The notes below the pieces were generated by a model. It did no database searches, was not told the origin of the DNA, and saw only the letters and a list, made by a program, of their open reading frames with translations. The position numbers and the translations under genes were made by a program. From NCBI GenBank assembly GCA_951406725.2, contig OX597831.1:26040001-26104000 (forward strand): a stretch of DNA of 64,000 nt, given 5' to 3'. Every line of letters begins with the position of its first letter. Within the stretch, counting starts at the first letter, position 1. Positions 1 to 14,302 of the stretch are shown piece after piece. Source of the stretch: Octopus vulgaris. Its lineage: Eukaryota.

Positions 1-1315
1 GATTAGTGGAACAGTTAGAGAGGAGAGGCCATATATAGTGTGGCATCTGTTCCAGTTCTTTGTGTTGTTACAGTAATGCCTGTGATGACGCTGATGCCAG
101 GCTGTATTTTACCGAGTTGACAGACTTTCCCTTGAATAAACATCAGTGGCATAGAGCGAGGTGACTTGCATGAAGGGACAACTTCTGGTTTTACTCCAAA
201 TCATCTTGCCTCTGAAGTGGTAAGAAACTCTCAAGAGAACTGAACAACAGGTCTTCAGAGACTAAACCCCACTCAGGCAAGTGGTTTTGGCCCTTCTTAC
301 ACCCTAAGGGGGCCAAGCCACATCCAGGTCATAACAGATGTATGGTCAGCCTTGACTGATGGAGGCCCCTATATGTATTTCCACTAAATATCCTTAAATA
401 TTTCACCAATAAATATGTTTGTACTTTGCTTCTTCTTCTTCATTTTTCTCATTTTCATTCTGAAACATTTCTTCTCTACTTCTTTTTCCCTTATACTTCT
501 TCCTGCTTATTCTTCTTCCATTTTCCTTTCCTTTTTTTATCTTCTTTCTCCAATATAATGCAAAAGAGTCACCTGCAATGTGTATTTACAATGTATCATT
601 GTAAATGCAAGCAGGCTGCATCTTAAGTCACCAAAGTTTCCAAAGACTCTATTCTCTCTCAAAAAGACATTTCTATCATCTTCTCCTAAGTCTTCTAAAA
701 TAAATAACATTAACATCTGATCCAGTTAATCAATGACTGGTTGAAAAGCTGCAAAGCTTTGTATTGCTATCCTATTAGTGATACTTCATATACTTGTCAC
801 CTGAGACCACAGGTAACCTTCCAATCCATTTTATCAATACAGACCTTATAATTGCATGCTAGTTTACTGCATGAAACACATTCGTCTTTGTTAATACTCA
901 TTTTATACTTACCTTATTTCAATTTCCATCGGGAAATAGTTCTAAGCTGCTGCAGTATTTCAATAACCATTTTTCTTCATTACTTTTCTTTCTTTTTTTG
1001 GCCTGTTTTGGATAAATCTTCAATATCACCTCTTCCCATATATCCGTTTACTATCTCATTTATACTTGTGAGGCTGAACATTCTCAGCAACTGCTTCGAT
1101 TTATTCAGAATATTTTAAGACAATAGCAGTGTATCTGAAGAAGATTTGGCAGCAATTTCTCGCAGATAAAGCAACAATCATATAAAGATACCTTGAAATA
1201 AAGTCATACACATACAACATCGCACTCACATCCTTTCATCATTCTCCCACTTCTGCTGCACAGTTATTCCAACTCTATGTATGTTACCAAAAAACTTTGT
1301 TCCACAACAACTGGC

Positions 1316-1927
1316 TTAATCCTTTAGTATTCAAATTATTCTGACAAATTTAATGTTTACTCTTTTACTCTTTTACTTTGTTTCAGTCATTTGACTGCGG
1401 CCATGCTGGAGTACCGTCTTTAGTCGAGCAAATCGACCCCGGGACTTATTCTTTGTAAGCCCAGTACTTATTCTATTGATCTCTTTGGCTGAACCGCTAA
1501 GTGACGGGGACGTAAACCCACCAGCATTGGTTGTCAAGCAATGCTAGGGGGACAAACACAGACACACAAACACACATACATATATATATATATACATATA
1601 TACATATATACGACAGGCTTCTTTCAGTTTCCGTCTACCAAATCCACTCACAAGGCATTGGTTGGCCCGGGGCTATAGCAGTAGACACTTGCCCAAGATG
1701 CCACGCAGTGGAACTGAACCCGGAACCATGTGGTTGGTTAGCAAGCTACTTACCACACAGCCACTCCTGATGCATTATTTTGTAGTTGAGAGCTGTCAAT
1801 GGTGTACTTGCTTAGTTTTAGAATGGCACTTTGGGGATGAGGCGAGAGGCCAGATTTGGCCAGTTTCAATATGGAATAGGTTAAATATTTTGGCCAGATA
1901 TGGCTGATTTGAATGCTAATGGTTTAC
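1316..1927. mobile_element. piggyBac-type MITE (family M1), interrupted by a SINE A copy
   Basis: Starts ttaatcctttagtattc and ends gaatgctaatggttt; reverse-orientation homologue of 53826-54045 and 30503-31088. Confidence 0.6.
1356..1769 (-). mobile_element. tRNA-headed SINE, family A, near full length
   Basis: Minus strand: head caggagtggctgtgtggtaag...gggttcagttcc (A/B boxes), internal (TA)/(CA) tract, gtaaaaga tail; more than 20 homologous copies in the window. Confidence 0.92.
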
Positions 1928-2546
1928 AGTGACACCTATGAAATCCATTGCCTCCTTTCTTACTCTCACACTGAAAAGCATAAACATACAACACAGAAGA
2001 TACACATACTTAGAGATAAATGTTATTCATCCACAATATCCACAGCATTCATAGAGATATCACAGGCACCACACCTGGCAAACAAAAAGAAGCAACAACA
2101 ATGGTGCACAAGCAATACATTAGCATTGTCCATCGTGGACAATGCTAGGCCAACCTGAACCTCAGTCTCATCACAACAAACCACTAAGGACACTAAACAG
2201 CTCACTACACATCATAACATGTTACTCACAAAACACACCTACAGACTATGTAGGCAACAAAACAAAGTTACTAAAAATTAAAAAATCAAAGATTACCTGG
2301 ATGTATAAAGGACATTTTTTTTTGTTGTTGTTGTGGCAAACTCCGACTCCCATAGACTTGTCACTGCATGAAAAAAATCATCTCCAAACACACTGACACA
2401 TGCAACACCACAGAGTAATATGACGACAATATCCTAAATTCATTACATGTCAAACTCAGCATAAAAAGCACGTACACACTCAAATAGCTGGTATGTCAAT
2501 AGCCTCACTTGCCTCAAATAATGTACTGGATTGAACACCATCAACA

Positions 2547-2547
<1 letters not shown>

Positions 2548-2584
<37 letters not shown>

Positions 2585-2960
2585 TTAATAATAAAATTTT
2601 TGTATACAGTGCTCAGGTGCACCACAACTTGTCAAAAGTGCGTATAAAGCATATGTAGTAATGTACAAATATCTGGAAAGTGAACAGTGTATGAGTCAGA
2701 TACATGCTTGTATGTGAATGGTTTTGTAGTGTTGGCGAATCTCAGGAAGCATGGAAGTTTTGAAGGATGCAGTGTTCCGACAACTAACAACTGATGTCGG
2801 CAGTTTGTTCCATACTTCAGCAACTCTTAGCATGAAAAATTGTTTCCGAAAGTCATGGGAGCTGTGCTGTTTTCTGACTTTGTAAACATGTTCACGGGTG
2901 CTAGACAGGTGGAGTTTGAAAAGGTGCTCAGAATTATTGTTTGTAAGATGGTTGTGCAGA
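2548..2960 (-). mobile_element. CR1/L2-type LINE 3' fragment with (ATT)n tail
   Basis: Minus frame reads STREHVYKVRKQHSSHDFRKQFFMLRVAEVWNKLPTSVVSCRNTASFK, matching the CR1/L2 ORF2 C-terminal TRGH..FF..RV...WN.LP..VV...FK pattern; (ATT)n tail at 2548-2592. Confidence 0.8.
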
Positions 2961-3444
2961 TGTGCAGGGGAACAGCAACTATAGAGCAAGTTGACATTGC
3001 TTGCTTCTGCTGTAGACACCTCTTGAAACTACAGCTTTATAGAAATAGCCTAGAGAGATTGCAGTGTATCCAGACTGTTGTACTGTCCACCTCATACCAT
3101 TCATCATTGCATGTTTGATTGTGTAGTATGTTCCTCTGTTAGGCAGAGACACGGTACAACTGGAAAGATGACTTATTGCTTCATCATTCAGATGGTAAGC
3201 TGTGTACCACATGATAACTTGATCAGGGTTGACATGGGGGCCATAGAAATAAACAACGACACCAACAACATGTCCCTTTTGATGCATGCACAAATGTTTT
3301 ATGCTCTCACTTGGACTTGTCCTTTCACATAAATTAGGACTGCGTATACAAACAAAGACCCAGATTCTTACTATGCTGCCCATTCAGACATTTATTGCTT
3401 ATGATTCACTGCTGCACAACAGGATATTTTATAGTTTGGTATCT

Positions 3445-3447
3445 GTG

Positions 3448-3538
<91 letters not shown>

Positions 3539-3569
3539 ATATATGTGTGTGTATGTATGTATGTATATA

Positions 3570-3605
<36 letters not shown>

Positions 3606-3623
3606 TGTATATATATGTGTGTA

Positions 3624-3680
<57 letters not shown>

Positions 3681-3723
3681 GTATGTATATATATATGTAT
3701 GTATGTATATATATATATGTGTG

Positions 3724-3791
<68 letters not shown>

Positions 3792-3792
3792 T
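3445..3792. repeat. Compound microsatellite (TG)n/(TA)n/(TATG)n/(GA)n
   Basis: Directly visible. Confidence 0.97.
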
Positions 3793-3940
3793 GTGTGTGG
3801 AGAGAGAAATCTTGTTGCCAGAATGATTCTGAAATATGTTTTACTTTATTTCATTTGGAATTCAACACAGATAAAATACTCTTTGTGATGTGTTGTGCTA
3901 TGTTTTGCCATCGCTTACTGTAAATATAAATTGTTTGTAG

Positions 3941-4131
3941 ATATCACCGATAAAGCAACAATGTTCATAATATAATGCAATGAGCGGAGACCTACTTAGA
4001 GCTGCAAGCAGTGAATTTGGGTGACAATAATTCTGTATTAGACATTTCGAATATTAAACAACATAACGAGGTTACTATTTAACCAAAACAAACTGTCTGG
4101 TTGATATTCTCAGTAAGAAAGTCTAAAATAG
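3941..4131 (+). other. Possible non-coding (5' UTR) exon
   Basis: ttgtttgtag acceptor ending at 3940 and ag|gtaaga donor after 4131; stops in all three frames; TE-poor context. Confidence 0.2.
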
Positions 4132-4919
4132 GTAAGATGTGAGAACTCATTGCTACTTAATCAATTTTACTTAATTAATTCTACTCCTTACACACACACA
4201 CGACGTACGTAAATACTGGGAAGAAATTTTACCAATTAGATGAAGAAAATCTTTCCTTATTTATATTCAAATCTTTGACATTTTAATTCCAATCAGACGA
4301 TTCAATTAACACTTAATAGATTTTATATCTTCAAACAAAGCTAACAATAACTATAGTGCCTTCGGAGATTTCGGCTGTTCTTTATTATTGTCTACATTTC
4401 TAAAGTTAATTTCGGTTCTTATTTAATCTCCTAATGACATTAGATGACATGAACATCACGACTTCCCATCTTTCCTTCCTTGATATTCTAAATTTCAATT
4501 GCTTCTGCTATTACTACTTTTCGTTTAGATTTTTAATGGTTTAGTCTTGGAGCAGAGTTTCAGCCCATGGCTTTTGTAGGATTTCAGGAAGCAGCAAGAT
4601 CGATGCTGTTGATGTTTATCTTCAATAGTTGCAGGCAAATCACAGATAAGGAAGCATTTTCAGAGGGCTGATGTTCTGGGAAGAGTTTAGTTATACTAGT
4701 CACAATTTGGGGGATCAGAGGAGAAAAGGTGAATTGAGTTGGACATAAATGTGAAAGTGATATGAGACCAACTAACTTCCAGGAACAGTGAAGCAGTAGT
4801 TGTACAGCCAGAGCAAGAACACAGCTCACCTGTTGACCAGGGGCTGAAAAGTACCAATGAGTGCTAATTAGTCAGGTGACTCTTTTACCTTTTTTTTTAT
4901 GAAGATGATATAGAATGAT

Positions 4920-5130
4920 GTGGAGGTGCATGGCTTAGTGGTTAGGGTGTTGGACTCATGAACTCATGACTGTAAAATTGTGGTTTCGATTCTTGGACCA
5001 GATGATGCATCTTGTTCTTGAGCAAAACACTTCATTTCACATTGCTCAGGTCCATTCAGCTTCATGCAATGGATTGGTGTCCCATCCAGGAAGGAATGTA
5101 TAGACCAGAGAAAATCAGGAAACTGGCCCT
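4920..5130 (+). mobile_element. Degenerate tRNA-headed SINE (C/D group)
   Basis: gtggaggtgcatggcttagtggttag head, ggtttcgattc B box, cttgagcaaaacacttcatttcac central domain. Confidence 0.7.
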
Positions 5131-5399
5131 ATGGCCCTATGCCCCTGTGCTCCTTACAGAGTGATGTGGGCTAACCTAGAATGTCTATGTGAAGCAGCAG
5201 CTGTAGTACTATTCCACGTATGGAAAGAGTTTACCATGATGAGTCTCAGCTGAATTTTATAGAGGATTAATGCTGTTGAAAGCTGTAATTGTTATGTAGT
5301 CCTGAAAAAGAAAGCTAATCTATGAGATATAATTTGTTTCTGTATAATTGATGTTACTACTACTACTACTACTGCTGCTGCTGCCACTAACACTACTAA

Positions 5400-5728
5400 A
5401 AAAAGAAGGACTCCTTTTGGTCATGAAAGACTACGAGATTGCTAGAAAGTTCCCCTCCAAGAGACAAGTCTTTGTAATGTTTATGGAAGACCAGTAGTTG
5501 GCCATGCATACCAGCCTCCCCTCTCCACGCCACCGATGTTATCCAAGGGAAAGGCAAAGACTGATGCAGCTTGGCACCTGTGACATCGCAACTCATTTCT
5601 ACTGCTGAGTGAACTGGAGCAATGTGAAATAAAGTGTCTTGCTTAAGAACACAACACACAGCCCAGTCCGGGAATCGAACTCACTATCACATGGTAGTGA
5701 GCCCAATGCTCTAACCACTGAGCCATAC
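5400..5728 (-). mobile_element. tRNA-headed SINE, family D
   Basis: Minus: atggctcagtggttagag...gagttcgattccc...cttaagcaagacactttatttcac; homologous to 39951-40270. Confidence 0.85.
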
Positions 5729-6633
5729 TGTAAGAAAATAATGTAACGGGGGAGGTGTTGCAGCACGTAACTCTTCGTGATGGCTACACACCTGATTGAG
5801 AAAATAATCACCAATGTGTGTAAACTCGTAAAAGTATAGCTGTGTGTGTAGGGACAAGATTTTGCCTGCATTTGTAAATATTTAGCAATGTTGTAGCCAC
5901 TTAGCAAAAGATTTGACATGAAATAATGTGATGGAGAAAAGTCAGGTGTAATATTGTAGAGTTGAGTTGGTCATATAAAACATAATCTATGCATGGCGTT
6001 CAGATGTCTTCATTGGTTTTTGTAGGTTTTTCTGTAATATTTCGTTTTAGCATTTTTATAATAATATATATTATTATGTATCAAAGTCTTTTGTTGTACA
6101 TCTATGATAATACATATGAAGTAGCAGTAACTCGGTCATAAATTCATGATGAAAGACTGATACATGACAATATATAAATGTGTGTGTGTGCGTATATATA
6201 TATATACACATACACACACACACACACATATATATATAATTGAAAAAAATGATAAAATAGAGCCAACAAGGAGGAGTATGGTTAGACAGCTATTTAATAA
6301 ACACTACACGTTTCGATACATTATGAATGTCTAAACCTAGACTTGGAAGTATACTGTAGTAATACTACCAGCAATTTGGTAGTTCTCAGGGTGAAAGAGC
6401 TCTATTGTATTCTGCTACGTTCTTAATGGAATACACCTTATAATATATACATATAATATATATATATATAGGGGCTGGCCAGATCGGAGCAATCTCAAGA
6501 TTAATCAGCCGAAATTGCGAAGATGATCCGGTTCTTGACTGAAGATTGAAGGCTTTGAATGTCCCGTCCGTGTTTTTTGTATTGTCTTCTAAATGTTTCA
6601 CGTTCTTGTCCCAGTTTGTATTTTTTTTACATT

Positions 6634-6710
<77 letters not shown>

Positions 6711-6903
6711 TCTTGCAATATTGTTGATGCAGCTTCATCAGGGTCCGGCCATTTGATCGTCCTTGAAGTGGGTCACAGATGCTAGATGCTAATCATTTTG
6801 GTTAGCAATTAACTAGAACTTAACTGAGAGCTAATATGGTATCCACCCAGATAACATATCACTCAAAACTCACTTTTACATATATATATATATATATATA
6901 TAT

Positions 6904-7019
6904 GTTTCCGACGAAGAGCTCCGCTCGAAACGTTAAACCCTCCTGCTTTCCTTCTTTCCTGAGCATCCAATAATACTATATTTGTTCCACGTCCTCGCGT
7001 TGTGCTTTCTTGTTTGGAT

Positions 7020-7023
<4 letters not shown>
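6904..7023 (+). mobile_element. Short Penelope-like fragment in (TA)n with a minimal hammerhead fold (6904-6938)
   Basis: gttt-CCGACGA-a-gagc/tcc/gctc-GAAAC-GT-t-aaac; (TA)n on both sides; core has C at the U4 position. Confidence 0.6.
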
Positions 7024-7062
<39 letters not shown>

Positions 7063-7480
7063 TGATGATGATGACACACACACAGAGGCATACATGCACA
7101 TATATATATCATATATACTGACATTTATATATACAGATATATGTGTGTATAACACACACATACACACACATGGCTTCATTCAGCTTCCATCTACCAAATG
7201 CACTCACTTGCCCTAGATGCCACACAGTGGGACTGAACCTAAAATCACGCACCTGGGAATCAAACTTTTTAATCATAGTCATGCCTGAACCTGCCAATGT
7301 CATTTTAGCAAATGTTTTAGAATATTTGTGGAAATTGAACTGAAAACGTAAAGATGGTTTAAATTCTGCTAAGCATGTTGTCCATGCTAACAATTCTGCC
7401 AGATCGCCGCCCCCTTTCAGTGTATTATCTAATATCAAAGTCTACCTTGTTGTGATGTTTCAAAATATCAAATATTTAAG

Positions 7481-8090
7481 GTCAAGCATGACCTTCGAAC
7501 GTTGGGTCTCACAGAGGCAATGACGAAAGACCAAGACCTCTGGAGATATGCTGTGATTGTGAAGACCCGACAAATAAAGTGAGTTCATGGCTGTATCCTA
7601 CACCAGCTTCACACAACCAGCCCCAGCCCATTGAAAGTACCTTGGATTGCAGGACAACCTGCGGTGCTTATCTTGGATCCTGGGGTGACCTGCTGTGCTT
7701 CAAGAGACCTATTGTGTCAAGTACATCTACATCAAAATAAAAATCAAATGGAATTGTAGTTGTGATTCTTGTGCTGTTGGCACGTAAAAAGCATCATCCA
7801 AGCATGGCCAATGCTAGCGCCACCTTGGCTGACTTCCGTGCCAGTGGCACGTAAAAAAGTTTCAACTGATCATGGCTGTTACCAGCCTTCTCTTGCCCCT
7901 GCGCCAGTGACACATAAAAATCACCCACTACATTCACGGAGTGGTTGGCATTAGGAAGGGCATCCAGTTGTAGAAACACTGCCAGCTCAGACTGGAGCCT
8001 GGTGCAGCCTCCTGGCTTCCCAGACTCTGGTCGAACAGTCCAACCCATGCTAGCATGGAAGATGGACGTTAAACAATGATGGTGATGATT
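7481..8090 (+). mobile_element. RTE-type LINE 3' end (family E)
   Basis: Frame VKHDLRTLGLTEAMTKDQDLWRYAV (RTE C-terminal DL..LG....DR..WR pattern); 3' UTR with gtgccagtggcacgtaaaaa repeats; end ggacgttaaac plus (GAT)n tail. Confidence 0.75.
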
Positions 8091-8249
8091 GTGGTCATGC
8101 TAAAATATGGCTAAAGTTTTCAGCAGAAGTCTCTGGAGAAAATCATTGATTTGGTGTGCCATTTTCACTGCACTCTTCCAGGTTTAACTGACTTAGATGT
8201 TACTTGATACCATTATTGATTGATAAAATTTATATATGTGCGTGTGTGC

Positions 8250-8288
<39 letters not shown>

Positions 8289-8912
8289 TGCGTGTGTGTA
8301 CTTGTGCACATACGTATTTGTCATTGATTGGAAGGCATGCAAAGGATACATTTAATTACAAGCACTAAAATTGAAATGATGAAGACATCTGATCTGCTTC
8401 TTCACACCATTACTGGATCCTTAACAAAAGAAGCAAAATATCAGATCAATATTTGATAAGTAGGATATGCAGCAAGCTTTATTTTTGTTTGAGTATCTTA
8501 TGGCTTGAAGTGTTGTAGCATGGAACATGGTAAGGTTTAATGGAAGTTCAGCGAGCAATTATAAAATAGAAAGTAAAATCCTTCAATATACAGGTTGCTA
8601 TCTAATTTTGATTTCTGGTTGCTAATTTCAGATTCCTTGAGGAAGGGATAGAGATACCAAAATTGATTACTTCTTACTATTTATTTCTAATTTTTTATGG
8701 TTCTTATAGAAGATTTCTTCAGTGCTCTTTCCATAGAATATGCCTTAAAAATTTTAAGTTAAGGATCCTTTATCATCAAATATAACCATAGAACCTGCCT
8801 TAAGAGTTCTCACTCCTTATATTGATTTCAAATTTTGGCACAAGACCAACAAGTTTGGTGGAGGATGTAAGTTGATTATACCAACTGGTACTTATTTTAA
8901 AAACTATATTCA

Positions 8913-9316
8913 CGGAGCATAGGAGTGGCTGTGTGGTAAGTAGCTTGCTTACCAACCACATGGTTTCGGGTTCAGTCCCACTGTGTGGCACCTTGGGCAA
9001 GTGTCTTCTACTATAGCCATGGGCCAAACAAAGACTTGTGAGTGGATTTGGTAGACGGAAACTGAAAGAAGCCTGTCGTATATATGCATGTGTGTGTATC
9101 AGTTTGTGTGTCTGTGTTTGTCCCCCTCTCCAACATCGCTTACAACCGATAGTGGTGTGTTTATGTACCCGTAACATAGCGGTTCGGCAAAAGAAACCGA
9201 TAGAATAAGAACTAGGCTTACAAAGAATAAGTCCTGGGGTCGTTTCGTTTGACTAAAGGTGGTGCCCCAGCATGGCCGCAAGCAAATAGCTGAAATAAGT
9301 AAAAGAGTAAAAGAGT
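8913..9316 (+). mobile_element. SINE family A, full length
   Basis: Head aggagtggctgtgtggtaag; tail gtaaaagagtaaaagag. Confidence 0.92.
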
Positions 9317-9406
9317 ATATATAAGTCATGGTTGTTACCACCTCAGCATGGCTGTTTTGTACATAACACTGTTACTACTCTTTTTAACCCCAGGAGGGCA
9401 TATATA

Positions 9407-9466
<60 letters not shown>

Positions 9467-9469
9467 TAC

Positions 9470-9553
<84 letters not shown>

Positions 9554-9996
9554 GTAATGAACTTATATACAGTATCAGGTGCACCCTGAGTCAGTGTGTA
9601 TGTATATATATATATATATATATGAGTGTGCTTGTCATTGCCTTTGTATTTTGTTGTTTAAACATAATTGCCAATTGTTCCAAGGAGACGTTCTTCTGTA
9701 AAATACCTATCATACAGATGACATGAAGAGCTAAAATTCTGTCAATATTGTCTGGCGTTCCAAAAAGATGGAGATGTTATTGCAGAAGACTTGTCTTAAA
9801 TAATATGACATTCTGTTCAAACATCAGTTAGAGTGATCTCAACCAATCAGCAATAAGATATTGTGAAGAATGAACAAACTTGTCATTTGTTATTAAATCA
9901 TTCCAGAGATTTTGAACAATTAGCAGCAGATGTGCATTTAAACATTTGGTTTTCTTTGAATTTCATTGTTTAGTATTTCTTTATTTTATTTTATTG

Positions 9997-9997
<1 letters not shown>

Positions 9998-10083
<86 letters not shown>

Positions 10084-10122
10084 TTTTTATTATTATTATT
10101 GTTATCATTATCATTATCGTCA

Positions 10123-10190
<68 letters not shown>

Positions 10191-10214
10191 GTCATTGTTA
10201 TTATTATTATTATA

Positions 10215-10247
<33 letters not shown>

Positions 10248-10252
10248 TTTGC

Positions 10253-10327
<75 letters not shown>

Positions 10328-10356
10328 TATCATCATCATTATTATCATTATTATTA

Positions 10357-10394
<38 letters not shown>

Positions 10395-10419
10395 GCTATT
10401 ATTGCTATTATTATTATTA

Positions 10420-10475
<56 letters not shown>
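9998..10475. repeat. About 480 bp imperfect (ATT)n microsatellite
   Basis: Directly visible; generates poly-I/Y/L false ORFs. Confidence 0.97.
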
Positions 10476-11390
10476 GGGATAATTTCGCTTTCTTTTTAAA
10501 TCTTTAACTGCTTTGGAGTGAATGAATCAGTTTATAAATCACTTCAAGGACAAAATTATTGACTCAAACCAGCTAATTTTTCAAATTGAACTGCATGTTA
10601 ACTGTTCAAGATTGACATTTCAAGTGTCTGATAGTTAGTTACTAAAAATACCATTTTGATTGAGGGGGTGGAATAAATTGCATCAAAAGGTAGTTCATTA
10701 AATTACGAAATAATTGATAAAGACAATAACAATACTGGTTACAGTGATACTGATTGCTTTGCTGGGTTTCTTAAAGATAAAGTTAAAAGTCTTGAGATGA
10801 CAGACTCGTTACTCTAAAGCTTTATCTTGTTTCCGAAATGCTTAAGTGAAAGAGAATACAATCTACCCATGCCCTCCCCTGAACAGGAGGCCAGTCTGTG
10901 ACAGGATTAACCTTCACCTACAACAGCTGATGCCGCAACGCATTTTCGAGAATTGTAAAATTAAGGGCCTCGCTCAAGGATACAAGACACTGCCTGGTCA
11001 GGAACTGAACCCACACCTTTATGATTGTGAGCTCAGCACCCTAACCAACAGGCCATTCACTGTCTAGCAGCACTTATAGTGTGTAGCTATTGTTTACTTT
11101 ACTGATCTGTGATTAAGCAAAGGTTACTGTTCAGTTGCAGAGTAAAAAAGTAATAAAAGTTTATTTTTGGATTAAAAATAACATTCAGCGTTGATTTGTT
11201 TTATACTTAGAACACATCAAGTCACTAAGTTCATTCAGAGAGTTTTTAGAATGTATAATTTTACAACTAAACTACTTACATGTTGTTATTCTCACAAGTT
11301 TTAACAATGGATGATGATATTTTTAAAAAGATGGCAGCAGATGACACTAACTAAAGTATGTAATATTCTGTAGACTACTTAAAATGTCTT

Positions 11391-11748
11391 GTGGGGGTGC
11401 AACGGCCCAGTGGTCAGGGCAGCGGTCTCACAGTCGTAGGATTGCAGTTTCAATTCCGAGACCGGGCATTGTGCGTGTTTATTGAGCAAAAACACCTAAA
11501 GTTCTACAAGGCTCCGGCAGGGGATGGTGGCGAACCCTGCTGTACTCTTTCACCACTCTTTCTTCCTGTTTTTCTTCTACCTGTATTTCAAAGAGCCAGC
11601 CTTGTCACACTGAATCTCCCTGAGAACTATGTTAAGAGTACACGTGTCTGTGGAGTGCTCAGCCACTTGCACATTAATTTCCCGAGCAGGCTGTTCCGTT
11701 GATCGGATCAACTGGAACCCTTGATGTCGTAACCGACGGAGTGCCAAC
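11391..11748 (+). mobile_element. tRNA-headed SINE, family C
   Basis: gtgggggtgcaacggcccagtggtcagg head; tail ggaacccttgatgtcgtaaccgacggagtgcc; homologous to 20358-20738 and 26527-26910. Confidence 0.9.
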
Positions 11749-13171
11749 CACTCAAAATGTCTTTGTGTCATGATTCTAGAGAAGACACAATATACAAGTT
11801 CCTTGGTGCTGCCTTCAGAGTTGGGGCAAAAATGGAGGACTGAGTGCAGCATTGGAAGCATTCATCAATTATACAATGCCCTGGTTATCCATAAAGACAA
11901 ACTCCTCCTGTAAATGGTACCTGTTAGTAACAAAAAGTCAGTTGTATAGAGGCGTCAATGTAACACTGATCATAAGAAATAAATTGTCGCCTGCTTTGAC
12001 TCTCTCTTGTTCTTGCTAAAATCATTCTTTGTCTAATAATTGTGTAAAAGTGAACATTCCTTATTTGGTAAACATTTCTGTTTGGTTAAATTCATCTGAC
12101 TTTGAAAACATTTACAGTTATTTCTCTTTTAATTTTGTAGCTAAAAGTAAAGTAATTTTCTCTAAGGCAGTTCTGTCCTATTTATTGATTGGAAATTTAT
12201 TGAATTCAGCAGGATAATCTAAAAGAGAAGATTTGCCTCTTAAATTAGTATTTATTTATTTCATTATCTTTGTTATAACATCTGTTTTTCTGTCTCATAA
12301 TGATTCAGAAATTATGTTATTTATTTGAAACTAAAAGACAAATTATAATATTTAAATTCATCCGATCCAAATATTTATTTCTTGTATACAAACCATTAGA
12401 CTGGGGAAATAATGTAGTGTATTATTCATACCGTTTCCCAAGATCATTAGCAATCTAACAACATAGATATAGCTTCAACCAGGAAATGCAAATAGTTTTC
12501 AGATTTGGTTTGCAGAGAGATGAACACCGTTCTACGAAATTACCATCTCATTCACAAGTATTACAATAACTACTTCCAGCAAGTTATAAAACTTTCATGC
12601 ACAGATGTTATTCAATACTCTGTTACTTTCCGGCATTGATGACATGTACAAGCCGTAACGGAAAGTTTGCATTAATATTTAACTAACTCGTATCCAAATC
12701 TCAAAATGTTTACAGCTTCAGCTGTAGAGGTTAAAGATTCACAGTTCCAAGGTTACTTCTAATGTTTAACCCATCTTAACTGATAAAATTTTTGTTGGCG
12801 CTATCCAAATATCTTCTTCATCTTAACAACAATAAGATGGTCAATGACGTAGCTGCTGTTATTGATCCTGTTATTAATCCAGCTTTTCAAAGCTCTTGAC
12901 GTTAATTCTGACCTTATCTAAATTGTTACATAACAGGGGTCAAACTATTTCCCACCATCCTTATTGGGTCTTCTTTAATATATTCTATTTAAGGAGAATA
13001 CAGAATTTTAACTACACTTATTTCTCAAACAGAACTGCATAACTAATCAATTTAATCGTATTCTGATTACTTATAGGTCATGAGTTCAAATTTGTTGGAG
13101 ATGCTGTGATTCATTTAGTGACAAAACACCTTCTCAATGTATTATTTCAGTTGATCCTTCTTTGAGAACAT

Positions 13172-13588
13172 CTCTTTTACTCTTTTAATTGTTTCAGCCA
13201 TTTGACTGTGGCCATGCTGGAGCACTGCATTTTGTCGAGCAAATCGACCCCAGGACTTATTCTTTGCAAGCCTAGTACTTATTCTATCAGTCTCTTTTGC
13301 CGAACTGCTAAGTTACGGGGACGTAAACACACCAGCATCAGTTGTCAAGTGATATTGGGTGGGATAAACACAGATACACAAACATATACATGCACATACA
13401 TATATATATATATATACATATATACGACAGGCTTCTTTCAGTTTCCATCTACCAAATCCACTCACAAGGCTTTGGTTGGCCCAAGGCTATAGTAAAAGAT
13501 ACTTGCCCACAGTGCTACACAGTGGGACTGAACCCAGAACCATGTGGTTGGTAAGAAAGCTACTTACCACACAGCCACTCCTACGCCT
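13172..13588 (-). mobile_element. SINE family A, full length
   Basis: Homology to other family A copies. Confidence 0.92.
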
Positions 13589-14302
13589 ATAAAAATGACA
13601 AACAACCTTAATGGATTTACGAACCTTACTGGGTTTTCATTAGAGGCGTCTACATTCAGACAATTGCTATTAAGGAAAGTTATTTTTCATCCATTTCTAA
13701 CATCTTATAGACGTCAGTAGTTTCTGGCGCTAATAGATTCTTGAGATTTAGAAAAAGAGTTAAATAGCTTTAAAATATTTACCTGCATAAAAAAAAACAC
13801 AGGCACAAACGCCCCACCGGTCATTGAAACTATTTAGCAGCTGTCTCTTCCCATCTTTCACTCCTACTCACAAATCTTAACATGCCTATACCAAACATTC
13901 TATTTGGTTCATTCCCTCCTGTAACTGAGTTCCTTTAAAAAGCTCTGGTGGTTTCTTCATGGTTTCTTTCTGACATTTAATCTTCAACAACTTAAATTAA
14001 ACACGGAATGACAAACGAATCGCTGATTCCTCCTGTCATCTTAGTCTTCTTATATGAGTGATTGATGGCCCTAAGCTTTCCCTTTATACTAAATACATTA
14101 GAAAAGAAACACCAGAAAACTTATGGCTAAGATCTAGAGGGTATATGAGTGTATAGTATTTCATCAGTTTTCTTAGACACCAGACCTTATATAGCAGTTT
14201 ATGTATGTTGTATCTAAAGTATGTACATGAGAAATATAATCTTGTGTATGTATGTGTGCATATACATATACATATATATATATATATATATATACATATA
14301 TA

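Noticed and set aside
1531-1907. Recurrent peptides such as DTCPRCHAVGLNPEPCGW and GYSRRHLPK
   Set aside because: Reading frames through SINE family A, not a gene family
3286-3923. ORFs of 140-210 aa rich in YI/CV/HT, here and at 9332-9726, 23864-24490, 28908-29282 and 57367-57969
   Set aside because: Translations of dinucleotide microsatellites
9946-10499. Poly-Ile/Leu/Tyr membrane-like ORFs
   Set aside because: Translations of (ATT)n
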